From positions 66,342,001 to 66,406,000 of the forward strand of contig CM059432.1 in the NCBI GenBank assembly GCA_030390025.1: 64,000 nucleotides of DNA, in the 5' to 3' direction. The notes below the pieces were generated by a model. That model saw only the letters and a program-made list of their open reading frames with translations. It was not told the DNA's origin and ran no database searches. The DNA is from Squalus acanthias (taxonomy: Eukaryota). Both the position numbers and the translations under genes were made by a program. Of the stretch, positions 23,591 to 36,377 are shown piece by piece (positions within the stretch are counted from its first letter, which is position 1; every line of letters begins with the position of its first letter).

Positions 23591-25990
23591 TAATAGGAAC
23601 AGGAATAGGCCCTTCAGCCCCTCAAGGCTCTTCCACCATTCAATAAGACCATGGCTGGTCTGAATCTTAACTCCATCTACCCGCCTTGGTTCCGTAACCT
23701 TTAATGCCCTTGCCTAACAAAAATCTAGCAATCTCAGTTTTGACATTTTCAATTGACCAAGCCTCAACAGCTTTTTGGGGGAGAGAGCTCCAGATTTCCA
23801 CTACCCTTTTTGCAAAGAAATGCTTTCTGACATCACCCCTGAATGACCTAGCTCTAATTTTAAGGTTTTGCCCCCTTGTTCTGCACTCTCCCAGCAGAGG
23901 AAATAGTTTGTCTGTGTCTACCCTATCAAATCCCTTAATCCTCTTAAAAATCTCAATTAGATCACCCCTTAATCTTTTATATTCAAGGGAATACAAGTCT
24001 AATCTATGCAACCTGTCCTCATCATTTAACCCTTTTAGCCCCAGTAACATTCTGGTTAATCTGCACTGCTCCAAGGCCAATATATCCTTCCTGGAATGCG
24101 GTGCCCAGAACTGAACACAATACTCCAGATGGGATCTAACCAGAGCTCTGTACAGCTGTAACATAACTTCCACCCCTTTGTATTCCAGCCCTCAAGATAA
24201 ATGCCAACATTCCATTAGCCTTTGTAATTATGTTTCGTACCTGTCCACTAACCTTTAGTGATTTCTGTACTTGGACCCCTAAATCTCTGCTCATCCACAG
24301 TTCCTAACTTCTCGCCATTTTGAAAATACTCTGATCTATCTCTTTTGGGTGTAAAGTGGATGACCTCACACCTTCCCATATTGAACTTAATCTGTCAGAG
24401 GTTTGTCCACTCACTTAATCTATCAATGTCCCTTTGCAACTTTCTGCTCCCATCTACACTATTTACTGTGCCATCTAACTTAGTGTCATCAGCAAACTTG
24501 GATATATGGCTCTCTGTTCCTTCATCCAAGTCATTTATAAAGTCATTATAAATATAGTGAAAAGGTGTGATCCGAGTACAGATCCCTGAAGTACACCACT
24601 AGTCACATTCTGTCAATTTGAGTGCATATCTATTATCCCTACTCTCTGGGCTGGATTTTCCAAGCTCCGAGGAGGCGGGCATGGAGGCGGGACAGCTGGT
24701 AAATTCGGAGAAAATGGGGGCGGATGGCAAAGCCGCCCCCATCCCGCCTCCGTGCCCTTTTGCAAAGGAGGTGGGAAGATGTGCAGGTAGTTAACAGGCA
24801 GAAAAAAGGATTAGTGCCATTTTACCTTCACAGGTGAAGGCTTCCCGAACTCGGAGAACCCCGTCGGGTTGGAAGAGACGTGGAGGAGGTCTGCGGCGGT
24901 CGGAGGCACTTAGAAGTAAGATGTAGAGGTGAGTGATGGGTGCAAGTGTGGAGTGGTAAGTATGTAAAGTGAGTGATAAGTTTTAAAAAGTGTTCACTTA
25001 CCTTGTTTTCTTCCCACAGCCTTCAGCCGCGGTGGATCGGGAGAGCTGACATCCTCCTTGTCAATTTCAAAGACTGGCTGTTGGAACCTCCGATCCAACA
25101 GCCATGTGAAATTTACAAATTTGAAAGGTTTGATGAGTCCTGAACATAAGGTCTCATCAAACTAAAGAGAATGTCAGTGTTTGACAGCTTCACAGAGCTC
25201 TTGACAGATAGCACTTCTGATGTTGACGTGCTCTGTCAGTGACTTCCTCCCTAATTGGCCTGCTGAGCCCGCAGGGCGGGCTTAACAAGGTAAATCAGGG
25301 GAAAATCCCTCTGATTGGTCAGGCGAGGATGGAGGCAGGACATTGACACAACAAGCAGCAGTCCCGCCTCCAACTCGCCTCCATTCACAAAATCCAGCCC
25401 TCTGTCTCCTACCTCCTAACCAATTTTCGATCCAAGCCACTAGGTTCCCTCCAATTCCATGTGCTTTCATTTTTGTTAACAGTCTCTTATGTGGAAAATT
25501 GTTGAATGCCTTCTGGAAGTCCATATAAATAATATCCATAGACATTCCCTTATCTACCACGTTAGTTACCTCCTCAAAAAATTCAACAACATTTGTTAGA
25601 AATAACTTAGCCTTTACAAATCCATGCTAGCTCTCTCTGATCAGCTCATATTTGTTCAAATGCTCAGCCACTCTGCCCCTAATGACAGATTCGAGTAACT
25701 TCCCCAAAACTGATGTTAGACTAATAGGCCTATATTTTCCTAGATTGTCTCTCTTACACTTCTTAAATAGTGGAGTGACATTGGCAACTTTCCAATCCAA
25801 GTGGACATTTCCTGAATTGAGAGAGTTTTGGAAAATCATGAGAAACGCATCAACAATTTCCTCACCAACTTCTTTTAATACCCTGGGATGAAAACCATCA
25901 GGTCCAGGATATTGTCTATCTTTAATCTCATTAGTTTCTCCATCACCAATTTTTTACTTATATTGAATCTAGTTAGTTCCTCACCTTGAT
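23591..25990 (-). mobile_element. CR1 fragment split by a MITE
   Basis: ORFs 25627..25839, 25282..25560 and 23667..24173 are CR1 ORF2 pieces. 3'UTR near 23600-23660. Confidence 0.9.
24648..25400. mobile_element. Harbinger MITE (family C)
   Basis: Perfect TIR GGGCTGGATTTT, TSD TCT. The empty CR1 site is seen at 63921-63941 (reverse complement). Confidence 0.92.
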
Positions 25991-26427
25991 TTATTTTTAG
26001 TTTTCACTAAAACAAATTTAATTTTAACATAAAGAAGAAAATGTGGAATTTAATAATTTTACTGCTACTTGTTGCAATTTCTTTCCTCTACCTCCACCAT
26101 AGCACTTTCAGATTTTTAACTATTTGGCCTGAAAGGGATTTTGGTTCAATTAATATTATGATGTTGCTATGAATTTAAATTCAGTTCTCAAAGAGTTCAT
26201 TCCTAGAGACAACAGGTTATACAACATTTTGATCAGGAGTTAGCTGAATAAACCAGTCAAAGCAGTTATTAAGAATTGTATATTCTTGTATCAGCAATGT
26301 TAACTTGTAAAATCAATTAAGCCCATATCAAAGGGAAAAATTGCATCATTTATTATTTTAGTGTTATGATGACCATTAAGAAACTGATTGAATCTCAGTG
26401 GAAAATTATATTCTGTTCATTCATATA

Positions 26428-27678
26428 TTTTTTGAGGATGTAACTGGTAAAATAGATAAGGGAGAACCAGTGGATGTGGTGTATTTGGACTTCCAAAAGG
26501 CTTTTGATAAGGTCCTGCATAAGAGATTAGCATGTAAAGTTAAGGCACATGGGATTGGGGGCAAGGTATTGACTTGGATAGAGAACTGGTTGGCAGACAG
26601 AAAGCAAAGAGTTGGAATAAATGGGTCTTTTTCCAAGTGGCAGGCAGTGACTAGTGGGGTACCGCAGGGATCGGTCCTTGGACCCCAGCTATTCACTATA
26701 TATATTAATGATCTAGACAAGGGAACTAGATGTAATATCTCCAAGTTTGCAGACGACACAAAACTGGGTGGGCGTGTGTGCTGCGAGGAGGATGCCGAGA
26801 AACTCCAGGATGATTTGGACAGGTTGGGTGATTGGGCAGAAGCGTGGCAGATGCAATATAACATGGATAAATGCGAGGTTATCCACTTTGGTGTCAAAAA
26901 CAGAAAGGCAGATTATTATCTGAATGGCAATAGATTGGGAGAAGCTGAAGTGCAACGAGACCTGGGTGTCCTTGTGCACCAGTCACTGAAGGTAAGCATG
27001 CAGGTGCAGCAGGCGGTTAAGAAGGCAAATGGTATGTTGGCCTTCATAGCGAGAGGGTTTGAGTACAGGAACAAGGATGTCTTGCTGCAGTTGTACAGGG
27101 CCTTGGTGAGACCACACCTTGAGTACTGTGTGCAGTTTTGGTCGCCTTATCTGAGGAAGGATGTTCTTGCCATGGAAGGAGTTCAGTGAAGATTCACAAG
27201 GCTGATACCTGGGATGGCAGGAATGACGTATGAAGAGAGATTGGGTCGATTGGGCTTATACTCGCTGGAGTTTAGAAGAATGAGAGGGGATCTCATTGAA
27301 ACTTATAAAATTCTGACAGGACAGGACAAACTAGATGCAGGAAGGATGTTCCCGATGGTCGGGGAGTCCAGAACCAGGGGTCACAGTCTAAGGATAATGG
27401 GTAAGCCATTTAGGACAGAAATGAGGAGGAATTTATTCACCCAGAGAGTGGTGAGCCTGTGAAATTCTCTGCCACAGAAGGCAGTAGAGGCCAATTCATT
27501 AAATAGATTCAAGAAGGAGTTGGATATATTTCTTAAGGCTAAAGGGATCAAGGGATATGGGGAGAAAGCAGGAACAGGGTACTGAATTTGGATGATCAGC
27601 CATGATCGCATTGAATGGCGGAGAAGGCTAGAGGGGCCAAATGGCCTACTCCTGCTCCTATCTTCTATGATTCTATGA
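26428..27678 (+). mobile_element. Young 5'-truncated CR1
   Basis: ORF 26398..27189 (RT motifs [15 protein letters not shown]) and ORF 27214..27462, separated by one TGA. (TTCTATGA)n tail. Confidence 0.95.
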
Positions 27679-27744
27679 TTAACGTAAAAAGATGGCAGTT
27701 GGCTTACAATTAGCCTCATCTCACTAAATCTGTTTTAAGGTGTA

Positions 27745-28853
27745 ATCATAGAATCCTAGAATGGTTACAGCACAGAAAAGGCCATTCGGCCCGTCCAGCC
27801 TGTGCCGTCTCTCTGCAAGAGCACTTCAGCTAGTCCCACTCCCCCGCCCTTTCCCCGTAGGCCTGCAATTTTCTTTCCTTCAGGTACTTACCCAATTCCC
27901 TTCTGAAAGCCATGATTGAATCTGCCTCCACCACCCTTTCAGGCAGTGCATTCCAGATCCTAACCACTCGCTGCGTAAAAAAGTTTTTCCTCATGTTGCC
28001 TTTGGTTCTTCTGCTAATCACCTTAAATCTGTGTCCTCTGGTTCTCAACCCTTCCGCCAATGGGAACAGTTTCTCTCTAGCTACTCTGTCTAGACCCATC
28101 ATAATTTTGAACACCTCCATCATATCTCCTCTCAACCTTCTCTGCTCCAAGGAGAACAACCCCTGCTTCTCTAGTCTATCCACATCACTGAAGTTCCTCA
28201 TCCCTGGAACAATTCTCATAAAACTTTTCTACACCCTCTCTGAGGCCTTCATATCCTTCCTAAAGTGCAGTACCCAGAATTGGACACAATACTCCAGTTG
28301 AGGCCGAACCAGTGTTTTATATAGTTTCATCATAACTTCCTTGCTTGCCTCTATTTATGAAGCCCAGAATCCCGTATGCTTTTTTAACTGCTTTCTCAAC
28401 CTGCCCTGCCACCTTCAATGATTTGTGCACATATACCCCCAGGTCTCTCTGTTCATGCACCTCCTTTAGGACAGTAGTTTATATTGCCTCTCCTTATTCT
28501 TCCTACCAAAATGTATCACTTCGCACTTTTCTGCGTTAAATTTCATCTGCCATGTGTCTGCCCATTCCACCAGCCTGTCTATGTCTTCCTGAAGCCTATC
28601 AGTATCTTCCTCACTGTTCACTATACTTCCAAGCTTTGTGTCATCTGCAAATTTTTAAATTGTGCCCTGTACACCCAAGTCCAAGTCATTGATATATATC
28701 AAGAAAAGCAGTGGTCCTAGTACCGACCCCTGGGGAACACCACTGTGTACCTTCCTCCAGTCCGAAAAACAACCATTCACCACTACTCTCTGTTTCCTGT
28801 CACTTAGCCAATTTCGTAACCATGCTGCCACTGTCCCTTTTATTCAATGAGCT
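27745..28853 (-). mobile_element. 5'-truncated CR1
   Basis: ORF 27830..28219 is the CR1 C-terminus. Same subfamily as 61575-63172. Confidence 0.9.
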
Positions 28854-29730
28854 TATTTTAATCATACTTTGGATTTGACAATATTTACTTAAAGCTATAT
28901 TTAGGGACTGTAATGGTGCAGTGGGTTACAACTTCCAAAGCTCATATGCCTGCAATTTCCATGAGGGCTCTCCCAATCATCCACCATAACTTCCATGGAA
29001 GATCATGGAAAACCCGGAGAAACAGGGTAAACTGTGATTGGGAGAAGCTCTGCGGAAATTCTATTCCATATTGTACTGGACTCTTAAAGACCGTCAAACT
29101 GAGAAGATATTCATTCAATCTTTCTGGAATGGATTCACATTCTGGCCTGAAAAGAGAAAGGGCAATGTTCTAATGCAATTTGCCTCAGAGTGCCACTTCC
29201 CTACTTCCAATGCTAAATCCTTTAAAGTATTTTGAATTTTACTGGACCAAAAGAGTGGAGGAGAGATTTCCCTGGATCTGCACCGAGATGCACTGGATTA
29301 CCTGGGTGAAGTGAATATCAGAAAATTGGGCATCTCCTTTATAGGTGAGCACTCTGATCCACCCAAAGTTTTTTGGGGAAAAATTCGGTATTGTCCATTT
29401 TGGGGCGCGAATATTGGCCGGGTGCAAATTTTAGCGCCCGGCGCAAATTATCGCCATCGACCGCGAAATTCGTCTTCAGCGCCCCTGGAGGTGATTGGAG
29501 CCCTAAATCAAGCGCTACACACTTCTCTTAGGGCGCTAATGTCGGGGAACAAGGCGCTACCTCAGAGCGCTACTCAAGCTCAGGCGATGTCAATTATCTT
29601 GTACTCAGACAGACTGGCGTTTTCCAGTTTTTAAAGGGGAGGGTCCATCATGCTGCACAGCAACACCCTGATCATTGCAGCATTTGACCTCGGCCTGCAA
29701 GCAGGTAAAAATCTTCAGCAAAGATTCATA

Positions 29731-31597
29731 ATGGCTACTCAGAGGCCCAGTGAGAGAGCTCGCCGGTTTAGCGACCAGGCATTGGTGGCTCTGTTTGGCG
29801 CTGTGGAATGCCGACGGGCAGTGCTGTTTCCAGAGATTGTCAGGAGGCCATTGCCCTGGGAGTTTACAAGGGTGTCGAGGGAGGTTGCCCAGCACGTTTC
29901 ATCCAGGAGCCTGGTCAAAAGGACTCATACGCAGTGCCGCAAGAAGTTCAATGACCTCACTCGGGTGGTCAGGGTGAGCACATGCTTGGAAAACCTCTAC
30001 ATCCCACCATCTCAACAGAGTGTAAATTCCCAAATCCCCAACACTCACCCAACAAATATGCCCATCTAATAAAAGTCACACACCTTGCACACATTAACGG
30101 CTATTCAACTATGGTAGGCACATGTGCCAAACACATGACTGCATACTCACTCACACGCTGTCCTTTTTCTTGCAGGCCAAGCTTTCACATAACCAGAGGG
30201 AGCAACAACGCACAGGAGGAGGACAGATGGAGCTGCACCCCCTCACACAACTGGAGGAGCGAGTCCACAGACTCATCGCCACTCATGTCATCGGTGCTGT
30301 GGCCATTGCAGAGGTCGACCCCCTTGGGGACGTTCATCAGCTTTATCTCTCTCATACCACTTCCCCCTCACAACACCAGCCTTTTACACTTTCCATCTAA
30401 CTATACTGTCTCCATACCTTGCTCCCTTCCTGACCCCCTGCCCTCGCGTTAAAGCCACCCTTGTACCTTCCTGCTTTCAGATAGTGAGCCACCATCTGAC
30501 CAGCCTGTCCCTCAGCCTCCAAGTGGCAGCGACGCGGCAGAGGAGGAGGAAGACGAAGCCAGCGCCTCACCGCCTGCGTCTCCCGAGGGCGAGACATCTG
30601 ACACTGGGGCCACGCGTTCACTGGAGGGGAGCAGGGGGTTTGCATCTGATCTGGGTGAAGCTCTGGGACCCAGCGGGCTGCAGCAACGCCATGGGGGAAG
30701 GAAAGCTTGGGGGCCATCTCCCCAGAGGGTGAGTGTGCGCACGAGTTCTGCTGCACTGGACTCGGATGAGGACCTCGATATAGCGGCGATGAATTCTCAG
30801 GCAATGAACATGCATACGGAGCTCATGGGTGCAATGACAAGGGTGCCCGACAGCATGGATGCACTGGCTAGGAGCGTGGAGGAGTCCGCCGCCAGCACAG
30901 CTGTCATCTGTGCGCAAACCCTTGAACCCAGCCTTGCCTCGTTGCAGAGGATGGTTGAATTGCAGGGAGACCGTGGGGACCCAGAGCCCATGCTGCGTGT
31001 AATGGGTGAGGTGGCAGGATCCATTGCAGCACAGGCTGATGCAACGCAATGGCTTAGTGCTGCAATCGAGTCATTGGCTGGTGCCATCCAGTCTCAGACT
31101 GCTCTCATGCAGTCTCAGATTGATGTCACGCAAGCGCTGACTGCTGCCATCGTCGCTGGGTCGCCCACAGTCCACCGGGGATCTCACGGTGCTGCAACAG
31201 ACCAGCAATCTGTGCTCGAGCAGATTGCTCCGGATGCTGAGGTTCTGCCCCGTGGGAGTGCCAGTGTGTCGGTCGAGCAGGAAGGTGCTGTCCTCTCTCA
31301 GGATAACAACATTCCTGCTCCCACCACTGCCACTCACCATTGCACTTGCCACAGCCTGTAACCCAGCCAGCCCAGACTGCTGCCGCCCATGCAGAGTTGG
31401 TGCAGTCTGCAGCCGGGCCCTCCAGGCCCAGAGCTGGTCGAGGGCGTCCTTCAAGGCCATCTGCAGTTTCTGGATCCAACATTCAGCAGCCTTCCACCAG
31501 CCTTGCTGCAGCCACTGGGGCCACATTATGGAGGAGCAGTAGGGTGAGAAGGGGGGAAGTGCGAAGAGAAGGGAGATCATCCTCGAATGGCGAATAA
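29731..31597 (+). pseudogene. H1 Myb/SANT-like gene, 3 exons (29731-29973, 30176-~30331, 30481-31597), frameshifted, exon-2 donor deleted
   Basis: MATQRPSERARRFSDQALVAL..RTHTQCRKKFNDLTRVVR|GTGAGC, then TTGCAG|AKLSHNQREQQRTGGG, then TTTCAG| acidic region, Ala/Gln heptad region and RGRP motif. Confidence 0.85.
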
Positions 31598-31905
31598 CTA
31601 AAAATTCTCAAACAAATGGGGGGAATATTTATCCCAAAGTTGGATGTTTATGTTAATATATTGTTCACGCTGTTAACGCTTATCTCGGTGTGGTAAGAAC
31701 CAGTTTTCTTAGTTAATGAATTGTTGTGTTTGTTTGTTATTGATTGTTCTTAATAAGACACAGCTTGTCAGAAAAATATTTTTTTAAATTTAAACTTGAC
31801 AACTTTGCTCATTTTATTCATTGGAGCTTTGCCCGGTAATAGGGGCTTCGGGATGGTTGTAAAGATGTGTTTGTTCATCCCAAAAGCCATCTTCTCTGTC
31901 ATTCA

Positions 31906-33072
31906 TCAGAAGCGGTGACTTATCAGGCATTCATGAATGGCCCTTGCAGACGCAACATTGAGCGCCTCCCTCCCACGTTGGTGCTGCTGATCCTCCTCTT
32001 CATCCTCTTCCTCCTCCTCTTCTCCCTCTTCCTCATCCTGAGGTGGTGCACCAATCCCTGGTGGCAATGGCTGGGTCCTCAGAATGGCGAGGTTGTGAAG
32101 CATGCGGCACACAACAATGAAAAGTGAGACTCGCTCGGGAGAGTACTGCAGAGCTCCTCCAGAGTGGTCAAGACACCGTAACCATTGCTCCAGCACGCCG
32201 ATCGTCTGCTCAATGAGGTTCCTGGTGGCGCTATGGCTCTCATTGTATGCAAGCTCAGCAGGAGTGTTGCGGTTATGGAGCGGTGTCATCAGCCAGGTGC
32301 AGAGTGGATAACCCTTGTCCCTGAGGAACCAGCCACGAGGGTGATACGGTGGTTGGAACAGGTTTGGGACACCAGTCTGGCACAGGATGAATGATTCGTG
32401 GCTGCTGCCAGGATAGCGGGCATTGACGGCGAGGATGCGCTGTCTGTGGTCACAAACCAACTGGACGTTCAGAGAGTGGAAGCCCTTGCAGTTACGGAAA
32501 ACCTCTGTGTTTTCATGAGGTGCCCACAATGCCACATGCGAGCAGTCAATGGCGCCCTGAACCATGGGGAAGCCCGCTATCCTAGCGAAGCCACATGCAC
32601 GTTCACGCTGTTTGTCTCGGGTCATGGGGAAAGAAATGTACTCCCTTCTCCTTTGTTATAGAGCATTTCTGACCTCCTGGATGCAACAATGGACGTCGAA
32701 CTGGGAGATATTCGCAATATCCCCAGTTGAAGCCTGGAAGGAGCCGCTGGCGTAGAAACTGAGAGCCACCGTCACCTTCACTGCCACCGACAGAGATGTC
32801 CTGGTCCTGAGCTGAGGCTGGAGCTTTGGTTGCAGGAGGTGGCAGAGCTCAGTGACCACCTCCTTGCTGAAGCGCAGCCTTTTAGAACACTGTTCCTCGG
32901 ACAAATGAATTAAGGAGAATTGCTCCCGGAATACCCTGGGAGGGTAAGGTCTCCTGTGCAGAGGCCTGTTGGCCCTCCTCCCTCTGGCCACATTTGCCAC
33001 TCTCTCTCTGCGCCACTGCTGCCTTTGAAGGTGAAGCTGGAGGACGACGCCCTGAGTTAGTGCAGCCCCCAT
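31906..33072 (-). pseudogene. H1 Harbinger DDE transposase (HARBI1-like), one in-frame TAA at 32656-32658
   Basis: ORFs 32656..33072 and 31906..32625 are in the same frame. Motifs GAIDCSHV, GSSHE (HD in H2), RDKGYP, RNLIEQTIG and an acidic tail. Confidence 0.92.
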
Positions 33073-33589
33073 TTAATCTTCTAAATATGGTAGTGATAAA
33101 GCTGAGAGAAATGGGAACCTGAAAAGTGTTGGTGAGGACTAAAACGCCTTGTAGGACAGCATTAACTGTCTCCAGACGCCTCTCTCCCTCTCTCAACCTG
33201 CGTATGCAGAATATTTTGCCGACAGGAAAAAGCAGAAAGCGCACGCCTTTAAATAGCACTTCCCCAGCTCCAGCTGACTGCAAAACGTCCCCCTCTACCT
33301 TTCATTCCGAGTAGCAGGTGCTAAGGCAGGGGGCGAGAATTAATTTCCGGTCCGGGGCGCTACCGGGGCGTTGCGTGCTTCGATGACGTCACAATCTCCG
33401 GGCGCAGGAGATCGTGGCGGTAGTGTTTAGCGCTACCGCAAAGCGCCAAGTCAATTTCACGGGTGCCGCTAAAATCGCCACGCTCGGGCGGTAAGTCGTT
33501 AGCGCCCCCTGAACATGCTAATGGGAGGCGCTAACCAACCGAATTTTCCCCCCTTGGACTCCAAATCGTGTCCATATACACAAATCCTT

Positions 33590-34250
33590 AAACATGACAC
33601 GACAAGTTGATAAGGTGGTTAAAAAAGCATATGGGTTACTTGGGTTTATAAATAGAGGAATCGAATATAAAAGCAAAGACATCCTGCTAGTGCTTTATAA
33701 ATCATTGGTCAGGCCTCAGCTGAAGTATTGTGGACAATTCTGGGCACCACACTTCAGGAAAGATGTAAAGGCCTTAGAATGGGTACAGCGGAGGTTTACC
33801 AGGATGTTACCAGGGATGAGGGACTTCAGTTATGAGGAGAGGTTGGAAAAGTTAGGACTGTTCTCCTTGGAAGGTTAAGAGGTGACCTAATAAAGGTTTT
33901 CAAGATGACGAGAGGTTTTGATAGGGTAGATAGAGAAAAACTATTCCTTCTGATGAGTGCATCAATAACCAAAGGTCATAGATTCAAAATCAGTGGCAAA
34001 TGATCTAGAGGAGAGATGAGGCAAATATTTTTTCACTCAGAGAGTTGTCGGGATCTGAAACGCTCTACCTGAAAAGGTTGTGGAAGCTGATTCCATAAAT
34101 AATTTTAAAAGGGAGTTGGACAGGCACTTGAGAATGAGGAACTTACAGGATTACGGACAAAAAGCGGGGATGTGGGACTAAGCACGACTGCTCTTTCAAA
34201 GTGGCATGATGGGCTGAATGGCCTCCTTCTGTGCTGTAAGATTCTATATA
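33590..34250 (+). mobile_element. CR1 3' fragment. Its tail continues at 38286-38305 after H2
   Basis: ORF 33594..33878. Tail ATTCTAT | TATGATTCTATGATTCTATG. Confidence 0.9.
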
Positions 34251-34612
34251 GGGGGAGAAATTCAGTATTGCCCCGTTTGGGGCGCGATTATCAGGCCGGG
34301 TGCAAAGTTTAGCGCCTAGCGCTAATTATCGCCTCCGACTGCAAACTTGGCTTTTATCGCCCCTGGAGGTGATTGGAACACTAAACCAGGCGCTGCACAC
34401 CTGTCTTAAGGCACAAAGGCAGAGGAGCGAGGCGCTAACTCAGAGCGCGGGCGCAGCAGCAGGTGATGTCAGTTAGCGATGGAACACAGACACACTGGCG
34501 CCGACAGTTCTTAAAGGGGAGGGTCGATCTTGCTCTCCAGCCACACCCTGCTCATTGGAGCCTTGAATCTCGGCCTGGAGAGACCTGTGACTACATTTTC
34601 CAGCCAAGGACT

Positions 34613-36377
34613 ATGGAGAGAGTGAGAGAATGAGCTCAGCGCTTCAGCGAGCAGCCTTGGATGCTCTGGTTGGTGCGGTGGAGCGCAGAAGGTCTATACT
34701 CTACCCTGAGAGTGGCAGGAGGCCTTTGCCGCACGAGTACAGAAGAGTGTGGAGGGAGGTGGCTCAGCACATCTCCTCCAGGAGCATGGTGCCCAGGACT
34801 CATACTCAATGTCGCAAAAGGTTCAACGACCTGTCTCGGGTCATCAGGGTGAGTGTTTTTTTTTCAATATCTCTCCATCCCTCCATCTCAACCTCACTCT
34901 ATGGCCAGAGGGTCTTAAAACCCAATGCCCAACACTCATCCAACACCTTTGGCCCTCTCATGAAACACACATGCGCATTCCACACTTTGCATACAGTAAG
35001 GGCTATTCAACTATGGGAGGCACATCAGGCAAGACCATGGCTGCATACATGAAGGGCTAGTCAATTATGGGAGGCACATCAGGCAAGACCATGGCTGTAT
35101 ATTTACTCAGATGCTGTCCTTTCTCTTGCAGGCCAAGCTATCTCATAATAGGAGACAGCAGCCTCAGCTGCAACCCCTCAGCAATCTTGAGGCGCACATC
35201 CACAGGATTGTGGCAAGCCAGGGTGATCGGTCTCGTCACCCCTGGAGAGGCCGACCCCGTTCTGGACAGCAATGGTAAGGTCATCAGCTTTCTCTCCTCT
35301 CTCATTCCACTTGTCTCTCACAACACCAGCCTTTGACACTTTCAATCCAACTTACTAAATCGCTGCACTCCTTCCTCCCTTACTGCCCCCCTGTCCTCAC
35401 GCTAAAGCCACTCTTGTACCTCCCTGCTTTCAGATGGTGATTCACCAGCTGAGGAGACGGGCCCTCAAGCTGCCAGTGGGAGTGAAGCTGCAGGCGAGGA
35501 GGAAGAAGAAGCCGGAGCATCAGTGCCACCCTCTCCCGAGGAAGCCCATGCTCACACTGGGAACACGTCTTCCCTGAAGGGGAGCAGGGGGGAAGGTTCT
35601 GATGAGGGTGAAGCTCCAGGACCCAGCGGGCTCCAGCAGCGCGATGGGGGTAGGGAAGCTCGGGGGCCTTCTCACCGGAGGAAGAGTATGCCAGCGAGTC
35701 CTGCTGCACTGGACGCAGAGGAGGAGCGGCTCATCGCTGAAATGAACACCCAGGCGGTGGACATGCACACTCAGCTCATGGGTGCAGTGGGAAGGGTGCC
35801 CGAATGCATTGATGCACTGGCAAGGAGTGTGGAGCACTTCGCTGTAGCACAGGCGGATGCCACGCAAATGTTTAGTGCTGCAATTCAGTCACTGGCTGCC
35901 GTGACCCCATCTCTGACTGCTCTCATGCAGACTCAGATTGAGGCCACGCAAGCACTGACTGCTGCCATCCTCGCTGGTTCGGACACATTTCCCCGGGGCT
36001 CTCACCAGCGCCGCAGCAGGCCAGCAATCTGTGCTCCAGCAGATTGCTTTGGATGCTGATGTGCTGCCCCGTGGGAGTGCCAGTGTGTCGGTCGAGCAGG
36101 GAGTTGCTGTCCTCTCACTTCCCCATTGCACTTGCCACCGCCTGTAGCCCAGACTGCTGCCGCCCATGCAGAGTTGGTGCAGTCTGCAGCCGGGCCCTCC
36201 AGGCCCAGAGCTGGTCGAGGCTGTCCTTCAAGGGCATCTGCAGTCTCAGGTTCTGACAATCAGCAGCCTTCCACCTGCCTTGCTGCAGCCACTGGGGCCC
36301 CATTATGGAGGAGCAGTAGGGTGGGAAGGGGGGAAGTGCGCAAGGGAAGGAGATCACTCTCGAAGGGCAAAAAGTAG
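34613..36377 (+). pseudogene. H2 Myb/SANT-like gene, 3 exons (34613-34848, 35132-35274, 35434-36377), disabled
   Basis: MERVRE*AQRFSE, frameshift, ALDALVGAVERRR..QCRKRFNDLSRVIR|GTGAGT. AATG|GTAAGG donor and TTTCAG| acceptor. Internal deletions relative to H1. Confidence 0.85.

Larger units (their letters stand above)
29375..33553. mobile_element. Full-length two-gene PIF/Harbinger transposon H1
   Basis: TIR GGGGAAAAATTCGGT / ACCGAATTTTCCCCCC, many subterminal TAGCGCC/GGCGCTA motifs, convergent Myb (+) and DDE transposase (-) genes. Confidence 0.95.

Noticed and set aside
30729..31361. Stand-alone chemotaxis-receptor-like or host coiled-coil gene
   Set aside because: It is part of exon 3 of the H1 Myb gene, inside TIRs.
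34998..35100. ~54-bp direct duplication in H2 intron 1
   Set aside because: Single copy in H1, an ordinary local duplication.
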